This document shows, piece after piece, positions 27,933-36,837 of a stretch of 55,640 bases of DNA. Source of the DNA: a virus (Duplodnaviria; Caudoviricetes); IMG/VR virus record IMGVR_UViG_3300026518_000670, positions 1-55,640 of that record. One strand, 5' to 3'. Both the position numbers and the translations under genes were made by a program. Each line of letters opens with the position of its first letter. The stretch's first letter is position 1. The notes under the pieces are model-generated. The model was not told where the DNA came from and did no database searches. It worked only from the letters and a program-made list of their open reading frames with translations.

Positions 27933-29251
27933 TGGTCGTGCCTGATGACGGTGACTTTGGCTACATCTTGAATCGCCAGGCCTCGCGCCTGGCCGCCGCC
28001 GGCGAGCGTGGTTACCACCTGATGCAGGCCATCGTGCTGGCGGAACATAGATGCACCGGTTGTTGCGGTGGGCGCCACCGTCTGCTTTTCCCGTAGCGGA
28101 AGAACGCCGCCCCCGGGGACGCCGATAACCCCGATGCCGTTGCTGGCCATCCAGTAGGCCACTTCCTCGGCATCCTGCATGCCGAAAACACTCCCGGGCA
28201 TGCGCGCCAAAGTGCCTGGCACAGCGCCATACGGGTAGACAATGCGAGGCGAGAACTGGGATGGATCCCCGGATAGGAAGTAGGTGCGATTCCCACTGGC
28301 GACAAACAGGCCCGCACCGGCTGTTCCCTGGCCCACTGAGGCCAGAAGGTCGCCAGACCCTGACAGGCGCAAACGGCTGTCGCGCGGATGGTGCAACCCG
28401 TAGCGGAGCGGCTCGGACCATACCAGCGTGCCATCGGCCTGCAGCACGAACAGGCGGCCGGTGTGCAGGCAGATGTAGCGGCCGGGCGGCATCGGCTCCA
28501 GGAACTGGGTGTCGAGCGGGCGGCCATGCCGGCCACCGCCGATATAGGCTGTCTGCAGGCCCACCGGGACGTCGATCGAGCGCTTCAACGTCTCGCCGTC
28601 CGCAGGCGACAGGTAGACCCGAACCCCGGTCACGTCCGTTGATGCCGGCTGCGGGATCTTGGCCAGCGTGATGCCGCCGCCGTTCGGCAGATCGATCGTC
28701 GCGGCCAGGCCGGTGCCCGATTCTTCGCCGGTGGCCAGCGTGTATGTGATGGCCACCTGGTAGGTGCCCTGCGCCAGCGAACCATCCGCGGCGACCAGCT
28801 GCGGCTGGCCGGCGGGGTTCGGGCAGCCCCATGGCGCCGGCGTACCATCCACCAGCACCGCGCCCTTGCGCACGCCATTGGACCAGAAAATGCGATCCCC
28901 GATGATCTCGTAACTGACACGCTTGCGCGGCTCCAGGCCGGCCTGCACGTCGAACACGCTGCCATCGGGATCGAGCGCGCGCAACGTACCGTTCTCCACG
29001 AACAGCGCGAAGGACATGGACGGTGCCTTCCAGAGCGAATGCATGCGCGTGCCGGCGTGCTGCAGGGTGTATCCCTTGCGACGGTGCGGCTTCCCCGCGC
29101 CGGTGGCCAGATCCACGTTCTCTGCCTGCAGCAGCGCTGCTTGCGCGTTCCCGTTGTCGTTGATGGTAAGTTCGTGCGGCTGGTGCTGGTTGTCGATGCC
29201 CGCTGGCCATCCGGATCGACGGCGCAGATTCTTTTCAGATATACCGGCCAC
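27929..29251 (-). CDS. Tail protein (nozzle/tubular-protein position)
   Basis: 440-aa beta-rich ORF following adaptor genes. N-terminal WPAGIDN...AENVDL motif. Confidence 0.55.
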   Translation of the reverse strand: MAGISEKNLRRRSGWPAGIDNQHQPHELTINDNGNAQAALLQAENVDLATGAGKPHRRKGYTLQHAGTRMHSLWKAPSMSFALFVENGTLRALDPDGSVFDVQAGLEPRKRVSYEIIGDRIFWSNGVRKGAVLVDGTPAPWGCPNPAGQPQLVAADGSLAQGTYQVAITYTLATGEESGTGLAATIDLPNGGGITLAKIPQPASTDVTGVRVYLSPADGETLKRSIDVPVGLQTAYIGGGRHGRPLDTQFLEPMPPGRYICLHTGRLFVLQADGTLVWSEPLRYGLHHPRDSRLRLSGSGDLLASVGQGTAGAGLFVASGNRTYFLSGDPSQFSPRIVYPYGAVPGTLARMPGSVFGMQDAEEVAYWMASNGIGVIGVPGGGVLPLREKQTVAPTATTGASMFRQHDGLHQVVTTLAGGGQARGLAIQDVAKVTVIRHDQ

Positions 29252-29255
29252 CGTA

Positions 29256-29414
29256 CTATCCTCTGCCCTGGCGAACGTTTTGGCCTGAGTTCTTGGGTCG
29301 ATGGTGATCGATCAAGGCCTTGGTATCGCGTCCGATGGGTATTGCTCTGGGCTTGATGTTGGGTATTGATACCTTCGTGTGCACGCGGTCTCTGGTGACC
29401 ACATTCACTTTCAT
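29256..29414 (-). CDS. Small basic hypothetical protein (52 aa)
   Basis: ATG overlaps the upstream stop (TGATG) and the ORF fills the intergenic gap. Confidence 0.45.
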   Translation of the reverse strand: MKVNVVTRDRVHTKVSIPNIKPRAIPIGRDTKALIDHHRPKNSGQNVRQGRG

Positions 29415-29848
29415 CACACCGTATCCGCAGGCAGAAAAGCTACCTTTCCGGACACCACCGGAATTGCATACTTGGTAACCGGATTGACCAGCACCAAGCT
29501 CCAGCGCAACTTGGTCTTGATGTTGGTGGGACTGCCTTTCCAGGTATCTGCACCCGCCACGGACAACAGGATGGTGCCGTTGGACGGCACTGGAACGCTG
29601 AATCCCTCCACAACCGGCCATACCGGACTCACGGCATAGAAGCCGGTGCTGGTGATTTCGAAAATGGGGTCGGAGATAGGTGTGCCAGATACAGCATCAA
29701 CAAGCGGTGCACTCTCGCGAAGCTGGGCTCGAACGGCATACCCCGTGAGATCCACGGGGAGATTGGCGTCATCGAGGATCTGCAGTGATTCTTCCCACGT
29801 CACGCCAAGCGGGACAGCCGGGCTGTAGTTTCCGAATTGTCTGGCCAT
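29414..29848 (-). CDS. Virion structural protein
   Basis: PVDLTGYAVRAQLR motif common in phage tail/baseplate Ig-like domains. Confidence 0.6.
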   Translation of the reverse strand: MARQFGNYSPAVPLGVTWEESLQILDDANLPVDLTGYAVRAQLRESAPLVDAVSGTPISDPIFEITSTGFYAVSPVWPVVEGFSVPVPSNGTILLSVAGADTWKGSPTNIKTKLRWSLVLVNPVTKYAIPVVSGKVAFLPADTV

Positions 29849-30531
29849 CAGTACATGTGTGCCCTGCGCACGCGCGGTGGGCTGTCGGCCCAGCGCGCCA
29901 TGTCGTGGAAGGTGGGCCGCGATCCGAATCGTGATTCGAAGATCGCCAGCTGCGTCTCGGCCTTAGCCGTGTCGTAGGTTTCTGAACCCTGCTTCAGATA
30001 GGCCTCATAACAGGCCCAGTGCTTGAGGTCTTCAGCATTGGAAAGGTGGATTATCGGCTCGTCCTGAGAGGTTTCCATTTCTTCGAGCTCGACAGGCACA
30101 CGCCAGCATCGAAGCCGCAGTTCGTAGGCCACATCCGGCACCGGATGAAGCCGGATGCTCTTTTGCGCCAGATCCATAATCATGTATTCAGGCGTGGCTG
30201 GCGTCTGGTTCCCGTTGTCCCAGGCATCATTGATCTTGTCCATCGATGCCGCGGTCACCGCATGCAGCTTTTTGTCCTGCCCGGTGAGCATGCCCGAGCC
30301 TGGCACCAGGATGCTCGCATCCAGAGAGATGGATGCCACACCGGCCTGCAGAGGGAGAAGACAGCGTTTTGGATCGCTGACGGCATCCACCTTCAGCATT
30401 CGGCCCCGAATGCAGACTTCGCGAACGGCATTATTCATCCATCGCGTCAGCTCATCGTCGCCCCACAAGTAGGGCTGAACCGTATCGTCAAGCGTGCTGC
30501 GCGTGGCGGACAGAAGTTCTGCGAGGATCAT
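29848..30531 (-). CDS. Head-tail adaptor protein
   Basis: LDD...YLWGDDELTRWMNNAVRE...IRLHPVPD...LKHWACYEAY pattern of podovirus adaptors. Position after head genes. Confidence 0.7.
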   Translation of the reverse strand: MILAELLSATRSTLDDTVQPYLWGDDELTRWMNNAVREVCIRGRMLKVDAVSDPKRCLLPLQAGVASISLDASILVPGSGMLTGQDKKLHAVTAASMDKINDAWDNGNQTPATPEYMIMDLAQKSIRLHPVPDVAYELRLRCWRVPVELEEMETSQDEPIIHLSNAEDLKHWACYEAYLKQGSETYDTAKAETQLAIFESRFGSRPTFHDMARWADSPPRVRRAHMY

Positions 30532-30537
30532 GAATGA

Positions 30538-30990
30538 TCAACCCTGTCCGGCCACCTTGGCGTGCTCGATGACCGTGGCCAGATGATCGGAAACCCCTTT
30601 GCGCGGGCTATCCTTGGTCTGCTCCAGGGCATGGGCACACTTGACCACTTCGATGCTGCTGACCGCGCGAAGCAAGCCCTTGATTTCCTCGGCGGTTCCC
30701 GAAATAAGTGATTCGGCTTCATCACGCACTTCCTGCGCAAAACTGGCCAGGCCCAGACTGTCATCGTCTTCGTCTTCGTCTTGATCATTCGGCAGCGGTG
30801 GCGGATTGCGCTGCAACTTTGCGCCCGCGGGGTAGAAGTGTCCGGTCTCGATCAGCCCCTTGGCATCCTTGTCCGGTACTTCACTGACAAATTCGCCATT
30901 TTTGTCACGCTTGAAGACGTAGCGCGATCCGAAGTAATCGACGTTGCGCACATCAACATTCTTTGGCTTGATCGCACTTACAAGTTTCAT
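30538..30990 (-). CDS. Hypothetical protein
   Basis: 150-aa ORF, same strand as the operon, with an acidic linker. Confidence 0.6.
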   Translation of the reverse strand: MKLVSAIKPKNVDVRNVDYFGSRYVFKRDKNGEFVSEVPDKDAKGLIETGHFYPAGAKLQRNPPPLPNDQDEDEDDDSLGLASFAQEVRDEAESLISGTAEEIKGLLRAVSSIEVVKCAHALEQTKDSPRKGVSDHLATVIEHAKVAGQG

Positions 30991-31014
30991 CTTTGATTTC
31001 CCGTGACGGTAATG

Positions 31015-31041
31015 AAAACCCCCGGCATCACGCCGGGGGTT
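31015..31041 (-). terminator. Rho-independent terminator after head genes
   Basis: AACCCCCGGC-GTGAT-GCCGGGGGTT-TT on the minus strand. Confidence 0.7.
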
Positions 31042-31077
31042 GGGTCGATCCTATGGTCTGCTTACCTCGACCATGGA

Positions 31078-31521
31078 TCAGTCGACAGCGTGATCCCAGG
31101 CACGCACGGCCAGGTCCAGCTGCACCTTGCCGGCGGCAGCCTGTGTGGCCAGCGCGGCGGTCAAGGTCAGATAGATCGGCACTTCCACGTCGGGATCGCC
31201 GATGGCCACATCCGGAAGCGAACCCACGTTGCGGGTAACGGCCGTCCCTGCTGTCAGGCCGGTGGCCAGTGCGGTTGGCGTGACCAACGTGCCGACGTTG
31301 TAGGTGCCGGTTGGGGTGGCATTGGAATCCAGCACCGGGAAACTCAACCGCGTCAGGTGTGGGATGAGCTTGCTGCCTGCCGGCACTACGCCGACCTGGA
31401 TCACATCACCGTTCAGGTACGCCGGCGCGCCAGACAAATCGATAGATTGACGATCGACGTACACGGCACCGGAAGTCTCCGGGGTGACCCGTGGCTTCTG
31501 CTTGGCATTGTCGTACTGCAT
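31078..31521 (-). CDS. Putative capsid cement/decoration protein
   Basis: Directly after the capsid gene. AAGAGG SD before ATG at 31521. GDVIQVGVVPAGS beta-sandwich pattern. Confidence 0.6.
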   Translation of the reverse strand: MQYDNAKQKPRVTPETSGAVYVDRQSIDLSGAPAYLNGDVIQVGVVPAGSKLIPHLTRLSFPVLDSNATPTGTYNVGTLVTPTALATGLTAGTAVTRNVGSLPDVAIGDPDVEVPIYLTLTAALATQAAAGKVQLDLAVRAWDHAVD

Positions 31522-31566
31522 GAGAAGGTACCTCTTGGAAGATGGAACTGCACTGAATGGCAAATG

Positions 31567-31590
31567 CCCTGCCGGCTCATGCCGGCAGGG
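31567..31590 (-). promoter_or_regulatory. AUGA-loop RNA hairpin 3
   Basis: CCCTGCCGGC-ATGA-GCCGGCAGGG, perfect 10-bp stem, no poly-U tail. Confidence 0.6.
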
Positions 31591-31611
31591 TCAGTTCACC
31601 GGTCTGATGTA

Positions 31612-32712
31612 TCAGTTCGGATCGAGCGCGTACGTGTCGACCGAATAGGCGCCGAAGCGCGCGCCCTTGAACCACGCGGCCTTGGTGCCCTTGATCGTGG
31701 ACGACGTGATTACCACCTGGTTGCCGCGATCCTCGGTCTCCTCGAACCAGTCGAAACGAAGACCCTGGCCGGGTGAACCATAGGCGTTGAGCAGCGCCTG
31801 CCGGCCCATGAATGCGGCGCGTGCGGCAGGCTGCAGCGAATCGACGCCGGCATCGTTGAACCGGATGATCGCCTGGTGGCTATGCAACACCACGCCGCGG
31901 TACTCGCCCATGGAGCCGGTATAGATCGGGTTGGATTTGCCGCGTTGGCTGGCAATCTTCTGGATGTCCAGCCACTGACCCGTCGTCGTGTTCGTACGCA
32001 GGGCATGCTCCTGGAACGGATGCATGCACATCACGTACTTGTTCTCGCCGTTGATGCGAATCGGCCGGATACGGATCTTGCCCGATGCGCCACCACCACT
32101 GGTCTGGGCCTTGGTCACACAGCGATCGACGACACGCAGATCCATGGCGTCATCGGCACCGATGTTGTTGAAGGCCGTGGCATTGCCGCCGTACACGATA
32201 TGACCGGTGTCGGGAGCCTGGAGCGGGTTGCCCGCATATCCGGTATATCCGGGATCCTCGATGAAGTCATCGTTGATGCCGCGGGCGCCTGCCAGGTAGA
32301 TCATCTGGCATTCGTCGTCCCAGCGCGCCCACCATTCGGCCATGCGTGCCCGGGCCACGGTGCGCAGGTTGTGCAGGGTGCGCTTGCGCGACATCCGGCC
32401 ACCGGCATTGACGCCACAGCGGATCTGGTCGACGTTGACCTTGTCCGTGAACGGCTGCAATGCCTCTTCCTTGCCGCGCAGCACGGCATCGCCGTACGTC
32501 GGCTTCTGGGTCAACTGACCGAACAGCGTGACGGTGATGGAGTCACCGGCTTCGGATTCGAGTTCGGTCAGCACCTGGATCGGTGTCGGCGCATCGACTG
32601 CCTTGCTCGAGAAACGTGCGCCGAAGTAACTTTCGCGCGCCATGTCCACAAACAGGGCGGCCGACCAGCGCTTGACTGCGACTGGATCATTGATACCCAC
32701 AATCGTCTGCAT
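31612..32712 (-). CDS. Major capsid protein, N4-gp56 family (DUF4043-like)
   Basis: AVKRWS, ELESEAGDSIT, GKEEAL, DQIRCGV...GGRMSRKRTLHNLR, IFxG-like IYTGSMGEYRGVVLHSH, WFEETEDRGN. Confidence 0.9.
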   Translation of the reverse strand: MQTIVGINDPVAVKRWSAALFVDMARESYFGARFSSKAVDAPTPIQVLTELESEAGDSITVTLFGQLTQKPTYGDAVLRGKEEALQPFTDKVNVDQIRCGVNAGGRMSRKRTLHNLRTVARARMAEWWARWDDECQMIYLAGARGINDDFIEDPGYTGYAGNPLQAPDTGHIVYGGNATAFNNIGADDAMDLRVVDRCVTKAQTSGGGASGKIRIRPIRINGENKYVMCMHPFQEHALRTNTTTGQWLDIQKIASQRGKSNPIYTGSMGEYRGVVLHSHQAIIRFNDAGVDSLQPAARAAFMGRQALLNAYGSPGQGLRFDWFEETEDRGNQVVITSSTIKGTKAAWFKGARFGAYSVDTYALDPN

Positions 32713-32741
32713 GAGTCTTTCCTCTTGATTTTCAGGGGTTC

Positions 32742-32788
32742 GGCACTCATGCGCCTGATGATGGAACGCGGGTGCTCATGCGCCCGCG
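32742..32788 (-). promoter_or_regulatory. Two AUGA-loop RNA hairpins in the capsid 5' UTR
   Basis: CGCGGGCGC-ATGA-GCACCCGCG (32767-32788) and GGCGC-ATGA-GTGCC (32742-32755). Confidence 0.6.
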
Positions 32789-32800
32789 GGTTCGGCCAGG

Positions 32801-33046
32801 TCAGGCCGTGATTGGTGTGCGCTGCAGGACTGGTCGCCCGGCGTGCGGCTTCTCGCTTCTTTCCGTCGGATAAACGCGCGACAGGGCCTTGCTCGAAGGG
32901 ATCTTCGCACCTGCCTTGTACGCCTGAATATCCTCGTTACTGTCAATGCTGATCCGCGCCCGCTTCCCGGATTTTTCCTCGAGCTTGATCACCGAGTCTC
33001 CGATCCGGACGGCATCGCCCGGGGCAAGATCAAGCTTCAACGCCAT
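32801..33046 (-). CDS. Small protein with CsrA/RsmA-like beta pattern
   Basis: LKLDLAPGDAVRIGD-SVIKLEEKSGKRARISIDS aligns by eye with CsrA [35 protein letters not shown]. Lacks the CsrA HR44 motif. Confidence 0.55.
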   Translation of the reverse strand: MALKLDLAPGDAVRIGDSVIKLEEKSGKRARISIDSNEDIQAYKAGAKIPSSKALSRVYPTERSEKPHAGRPVLQRTPITA

Positions 33047-33049
33047 CGG

Positions 33050-34045
33050 TTACTGGCCTCGGATATCCGAGCCCGGGCTGCTCGACAGATACCGCTCGCG
33101 CTCGGATTCGCTCATGTTGGCCATGGCATCTTCCAGGTCGCTGATGTCGGCATTGTCGAGTTGGGAATAGGTCGCGTTGCCGCGGGAATCCACGTCGGCA
33201 GCGGCGGGCGCGCGTTCCAGGTCGGGTGTTTTCTCACTCTTGTCCTGCCGCTTGCTGACCGCCTCAGTGATTTTGCGCGAATCCTCATGCTTGCGCGCTG
33301 GCGCCGGTGACTGTCCGGCACCTGGCTGTTGGTAGTTGAGGGCCTCGAAAGCCGTCTCTTCGGCGCGCCTGATCAGGGCAGCGGGAGTCAACGTGCCATT
33401 GGTCTGCTGATCAATGAGCGCGATGGCGTTCTGCATGGCCTGCGCACGGATGGGATTGGCCATGAAATGCTGGTTCTTGGATTCCCACTGCTTGGCTTCG
33501 GCCTCGAAATTGCTCTGTGCCTCTGCCGCTTGTTCGCTCTGAGCACTCTCCCACGCCTCATGCCTCGCCACGTAGCGGGATTCTTCGCGGTTGAGCTCGC
33601 GCAGCTGCTGCTGATACTCGAACGTGTCAAGATCGCCGTTATCGTACTTTTCAGCCAGCGACTTGAATTCGGCATCGAAATCCTTTGGTGCAGTGGGTTC
33701 GGGCTCCGCCGCGCGCGCGGTTCTCGTCTCATCGGCAGCATCGGCATCATCACCCGCGGGTTTGCCCTGGTCCTGGTCCTCGTCACCGGCATCGGGTTTG
33801 CCAGACGAGTCATCACCTGCTGTATCCGCACCATCGTCCCCGCCATCCTGCGCGCCGCTCGCGTCCGCATTGGCGTCCTTTTCGGTCTCCGACCCATCGG
33901 CATCGTCCGCGTGGCCTGCTTCGGCCTCACCCTTGTCGTCCTGATCAATCTCGCCGGCCAGTCTGGATTCTTCTTCCAAAGGCTCCAAGCCATTGTTGAC
34001 GTCGTCTTCGATGTCGTTTTCGTCGCGGTTGTTTTCGGTGCTCAT
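33050..34045 (-). CDS. Putative scaffolding protein
   Basis: Very acidic N-terminus plus coiled coil. Lies between portal and capsid genes. Confidence 0.7.
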   Translation of the reverse strand: MSTENNRDENDIEDDVNNGLEPLEEESRLAGEIDQDDKGEAEAGHADDADGSETEKDANADASGAQDGGDDGADTAGDDSSGKPDAGDEDQDQGKPAGDDADAADETRTARAAEPEPTAPKDFDAEFKSLAEKYDNGDLDTFEYQQQLRELNREESRYVARHEAWESAQSEQAAEAQSNFEAEAKQWESKNQHFMANPIRAQAMQNAIALIDQQTNGTLTPAALIRRAEETAFEALNYQQPGAGQSPAPARKHEDSRKITEAVSKRQDKSEKTPDLERAPAAADVDSRGNATYSQLDNADISDLEDAMANMSESERERYLSSSPGSDIRGQ

Positions 34046-36222
34046 GGTGTCTCCGACATGTCCGGTAGTTGCGGTTTGTGGGCATCCGTGGTCTGCACGG
34101 CCGGCCCGTGGAATAGCCGATCAGCGGCTGGTGCGAGTGGTAGAACACGTGAAAGGATCGATGCGGTATCAATGGCGTCACGTTTGCCAGCGACCGTGAT
34201 CTGCCGTGCACGTGCAGCCGCTTCTCCGGCGCGTGCCATCTTGAGATTGACCTCGGCATTGAGGCTGGCATCTTGCAGGCCCTGCTGGCGCGCCGCTTCT
34301 TTTGCCTTCTGCTCTTCAGCTTGCTTCACTTCGGGCGAATTTTCCTTGCCCAGTGCCACCTGACCATTGATCTTGCGTATGCGCGCCGCCAGCTCGTTCT
34401 TGTTCGGCAGGTCCGTGATGTCGATGGCGATATCCAGAAGCTGGACAGCCACATCGCCTGGCAGGCGCCCAATCAACTCGAACAGAGATTCGGCCAGGGC
34501 CATGCGGATGGTCTCGCGATAGTCCATCTGGTCGACGATGAAATCGGCCTGCTGCCGGGCGATGTCGTTTTCAAACACGACCTCCCCTGTTACCGGATCC
34601 AGCTTGGGCTGGTTGATCTTGATCCATTCCAGGCCGCCATCAGGCCCAGAGATGCGGATGACCTGGGGGAGCGTCATGAATTGCTCCGTCAGGCTGACGG
34701 TCTTCTGCCCACTGATCTGGATGGATTGGCGGTAATTGTCGAAAAGCGCGGCCGTGGTCACGGCGCCCTGCTGTTGCTTGGCCAAGATCGCGCGCCCGGA
34801 TTGGTCGCCTACACTCTGGCCCGTGTTCTCGCGCGTTACCCCACTGGCTTCGAAGATGTTGTTCTTGGCCTCGGCCAACATCTCCATCTGGCCATTGGCC
34901 TTGGCCTCATTCGTGCGGATCACGAATTTCCCGGAACTCAGGGCCCCTGGCTTGAGCCGCATCTCGCCATCGGAGCGATGCGCCTCATCCAGCACAGTTT
35001 CTTCTGAGTCCTCATCGACAGCATCGGACTCATACATCACCTGCTGGGTGCTCAGATCAAACAGGATCTTCGAGCGCCTCTTGTTGTATTCGTCCTGCGC
35101 ATCACGAGCAGGCCGCACCAGTCCGTACGGCATGCCATCCCGGTGCCGGCGCTTGCACCACACTGCGGTGAACGGGAACTCGCCATGCTTGTATGGGCTT
35201 TTCTGGACCTTGAGCAATGCTCCGGGCGTCCAGAACGCCACCCACACTTCTTCCGCCACGCTGTCGACCAGACTGACCACACCCGTGCTGACGGCCTCGG
35301 CCATGTCCCGATCTTCCGGGTCATAGGTCTTGCCGTGGTAGTCATCTTCCCCATAGGCCACCATGGTCTTGGTCGGCTTGATCTTGCGGTACCACGTCTC
35401 GATGACCAGCACCCGCTGTCGCGCGCCCTGGATAGCCAGGCCGTTGATCATGCTGCCGTGGGTGATGATCCGGGAGCCACGACCGTAAAACATCTGGGGC
35501 ATGGTCCCGTCCAGCTCCATCTGCTCCTGTTCGAGCCCGTACATCGCCACGGTCTGATTGCGCAGCGCCTGCTCACGATCCGGGAACAGCGCGGTGGCGT
35601 AGTCAAGATCCAGCCACTTTGGTCGATGGATGTAACGGCAATCCTTCAGATCATTGCGGACGGAAAATGGGTCCCACCACATCGATTTCCAGTCCACGTG
35701 GCGCAAACCCACCGGGAAATCGAACTTGTCGGATCGGTAGTATTCCTCCATCCATCCCACGCCGACGATGGCAGCATCCGTGAAGGCACGGCTGCGCTCC
35801 CATCCTGCGCCGTTCTGATCTGAAACGAACTTCAGGACCTCCTTTTTGACCTGCGCACCCTTCACGTCGTCGTCTTCGCGCGGGAGCACATCCCAGTCGA
35901 TACGCGTGCGCCGTTCCGTTCCGGCCACCCAATCCACCATCATCGTGATGATGGGGAATGTCAGGGGTGCTTGGCCGCGATCCTCCAGGACCTTGGCGTC
36001 CTCCGGGGACCATTGTTCGACATCGTAGTAGTCGTGATCCTTCCACATTTCAGCCCGGTTGTCGGCATGGCCATTCAGCGCTTCGGCCCACCACGCTTCG
36101 AACTGGGCAAGATGTTCTCGATAGGGCTGCGCGTCGTACCTGTGCGTGGTCAGCGAGTCGAGCGTGATGCCTCCCCCATGCTCGGAGAACGCATCCTTGG
36201 ACTGGATCAGGTTGATGTCCAT
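34042..36222 (-). CDS. Portal protein (P22-like)
   Basis: DYYD..QW...LEDRGQAPL, GVGWME, SPYKHGEFPF, PYGLVR..RDAQDEYNKRRSK, SGRAILAKQQQG. Confidence 0.9.
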   Translation of the reverse strand: MDINLIQSKDAFSEHGGGITLDSLTTHRYDAQPYREHLAQFEAWWAEALNGHADNRAEMWKDHDYYDVEQWSPEDAKVLEDRGQAPLTFPIITMMVDWVAGTERRTRIDWDVLPREDDDVKGAQVKKEVLKFVSDQNGAGWERSRAFTDAAIVGVGWMEEYYRSDKFDFPVGLRHVDWKSMWWDPFSVRNDLKDCRYIHRPKWLDLDYATALFPDREQALRNQTVAMYGLEQEQMELDGTMPQMFYGRGSRIITHGSMINGLAIQGARQRVLVIETWYRKIKPTKTMVAYGEDDYHGKTYDPEDRDMAEAVSTGVVSLVDSVAEEVWVAFWTPGALLKVQKSPYKHGEFPFTAVWCKRRHRDGMPYGLVRPARDAQDEYNKRRSKILFDLSTQQVMYESDAVDEDSEETVLDEAHRSDGEMRLKPGALSSGKFVIRTNEAKANGQMEMLAEAKNNIFEASGVTRENTGQSVGDQSGRAILAKQQQGAVTTAALFDNYRQSIQISGQKTVSLTEQFMTLPQVIRISGPDGGLEWIKINQPKLDPVTGEVVFENDIARQQADFIVDQMDYRETIRMALAESLFELIGRLPGDVAVQLLDIAIDITDLPNKNELAARIRKINGQVALGKENSPEVKQAEEQKAKEAARQQGLQDASLNAEVNLKMARAGEAAARARQITVAGKRDAIDTASILSRVLPLAPAADRLFHGPAVQTTDAHKPQLPDMSETP

Positions 36223-36223
36223 A

Positions 36224-36688
36224 TCAGCCAACCACGCGCTTGCCGCCGCGCTCAACAAAGAAATCGAGACCGTCCTGGGCACAGCGCTCCATGAATGCAT
36301 CCAAGCTCCGGTCCTTGAACATGTCTGGATCCGGCGGAGAATTCTTCAGGTCTTCCATGAAATCCATGATCGCGTCGAGTAGCCGAAAACAGTCATCCTT
36401 GGTCACAAACCCCCATATCTGACGAGCCAGTGGTGGCACCATCTCGCTCAGCGCATCGCGCTCAGCGAATCGCCACATGTCCCCCAGCTTCACATAGACC
36501 CCGGCTTGTGGATTTCCGCGTCGGCACAACCACAAGGCTGCTTCGTGACGATGATTTGGTGTGCCGAAATCGCCGTAATGCAGCTCGATGACCAGGTCGC
36601 CCTTGCCCCCCACGAACGAGTACCTGCGAGACACACTTCCGGCATGCTGTTCCTCGGCGAGATGCGATGGGACAATGATGGCACTCAT
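36224..36688 (-). CDS. Hypothetical protein
   Basis: 154-aa ORF between terL and portal. Confidence 0.65.
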   Translation of the reverse strand: MSAIIVPSHLAEEQHAGSVSRRYSFVGGKGDLVIELHYGDFGTPNHRHEAALWLCRRGNPQAGVYVKLGDMWRFAERDALSEMVPPLARQIWGFVTKDDCFRLLDAIMDFMEDLKNSPPDPDMFKDRSLDAFMERCAQDGLDFFVERGGKRVVG

Positions 36689-36837
36689 GATTTTTGCTCA
36701 CCCTCTCGCGCGGTGCGAACCCAGGCATTGTGCTGAATCATTCGAGCTACAACCTGTGATCCATGGCCGTACAACGCACCTCGAATAGCAATGGCGAGGA
36801 TCCTGTGCATGGGTATCGTGTGGGTCTCCTGTTTCAT
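36685..36837 (-). CDS. Small hypothetical protein (50 aa, MKQETHTIP...), absent from the ORF track
   Basis: ATGA overlaps at both ends (terL stop at 36834; next start at 36688). Confidence 0.55.
   Translation of the reverse strand: MKQETHTIPMHRILAIAIRGALYGHGSQVVARMIQHNAWVRTAREGEQKS

Noticed and set aside
27750-29210. 486-aa ORF overlapping the 440-aa tail gene in another frame (possible frameshift fusion)
   Set aside because: The upstream part is low-complexity Arg/Ala/Gly and no slippery site was recognised. Only the last 60 codons, with an ATGA-coupled start, look like a gene.
31567-31590. Hairpin after the capsid gene as a simple intrinsic terminator
   Set aside because: No U-run directly after the stem on the coding strand, and it shares the AUGA loop with the UTR hairpins. 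A better terminator exists at 31015-31041.
34038-36690. ATGAGCAC / ATGAGTGCC at the starts of the scaffold and 154-aa genes matching the hairpin 3' arms
   Set aside because: Explained by Met-Ser starts. No flanking stem, so probably coincidental.
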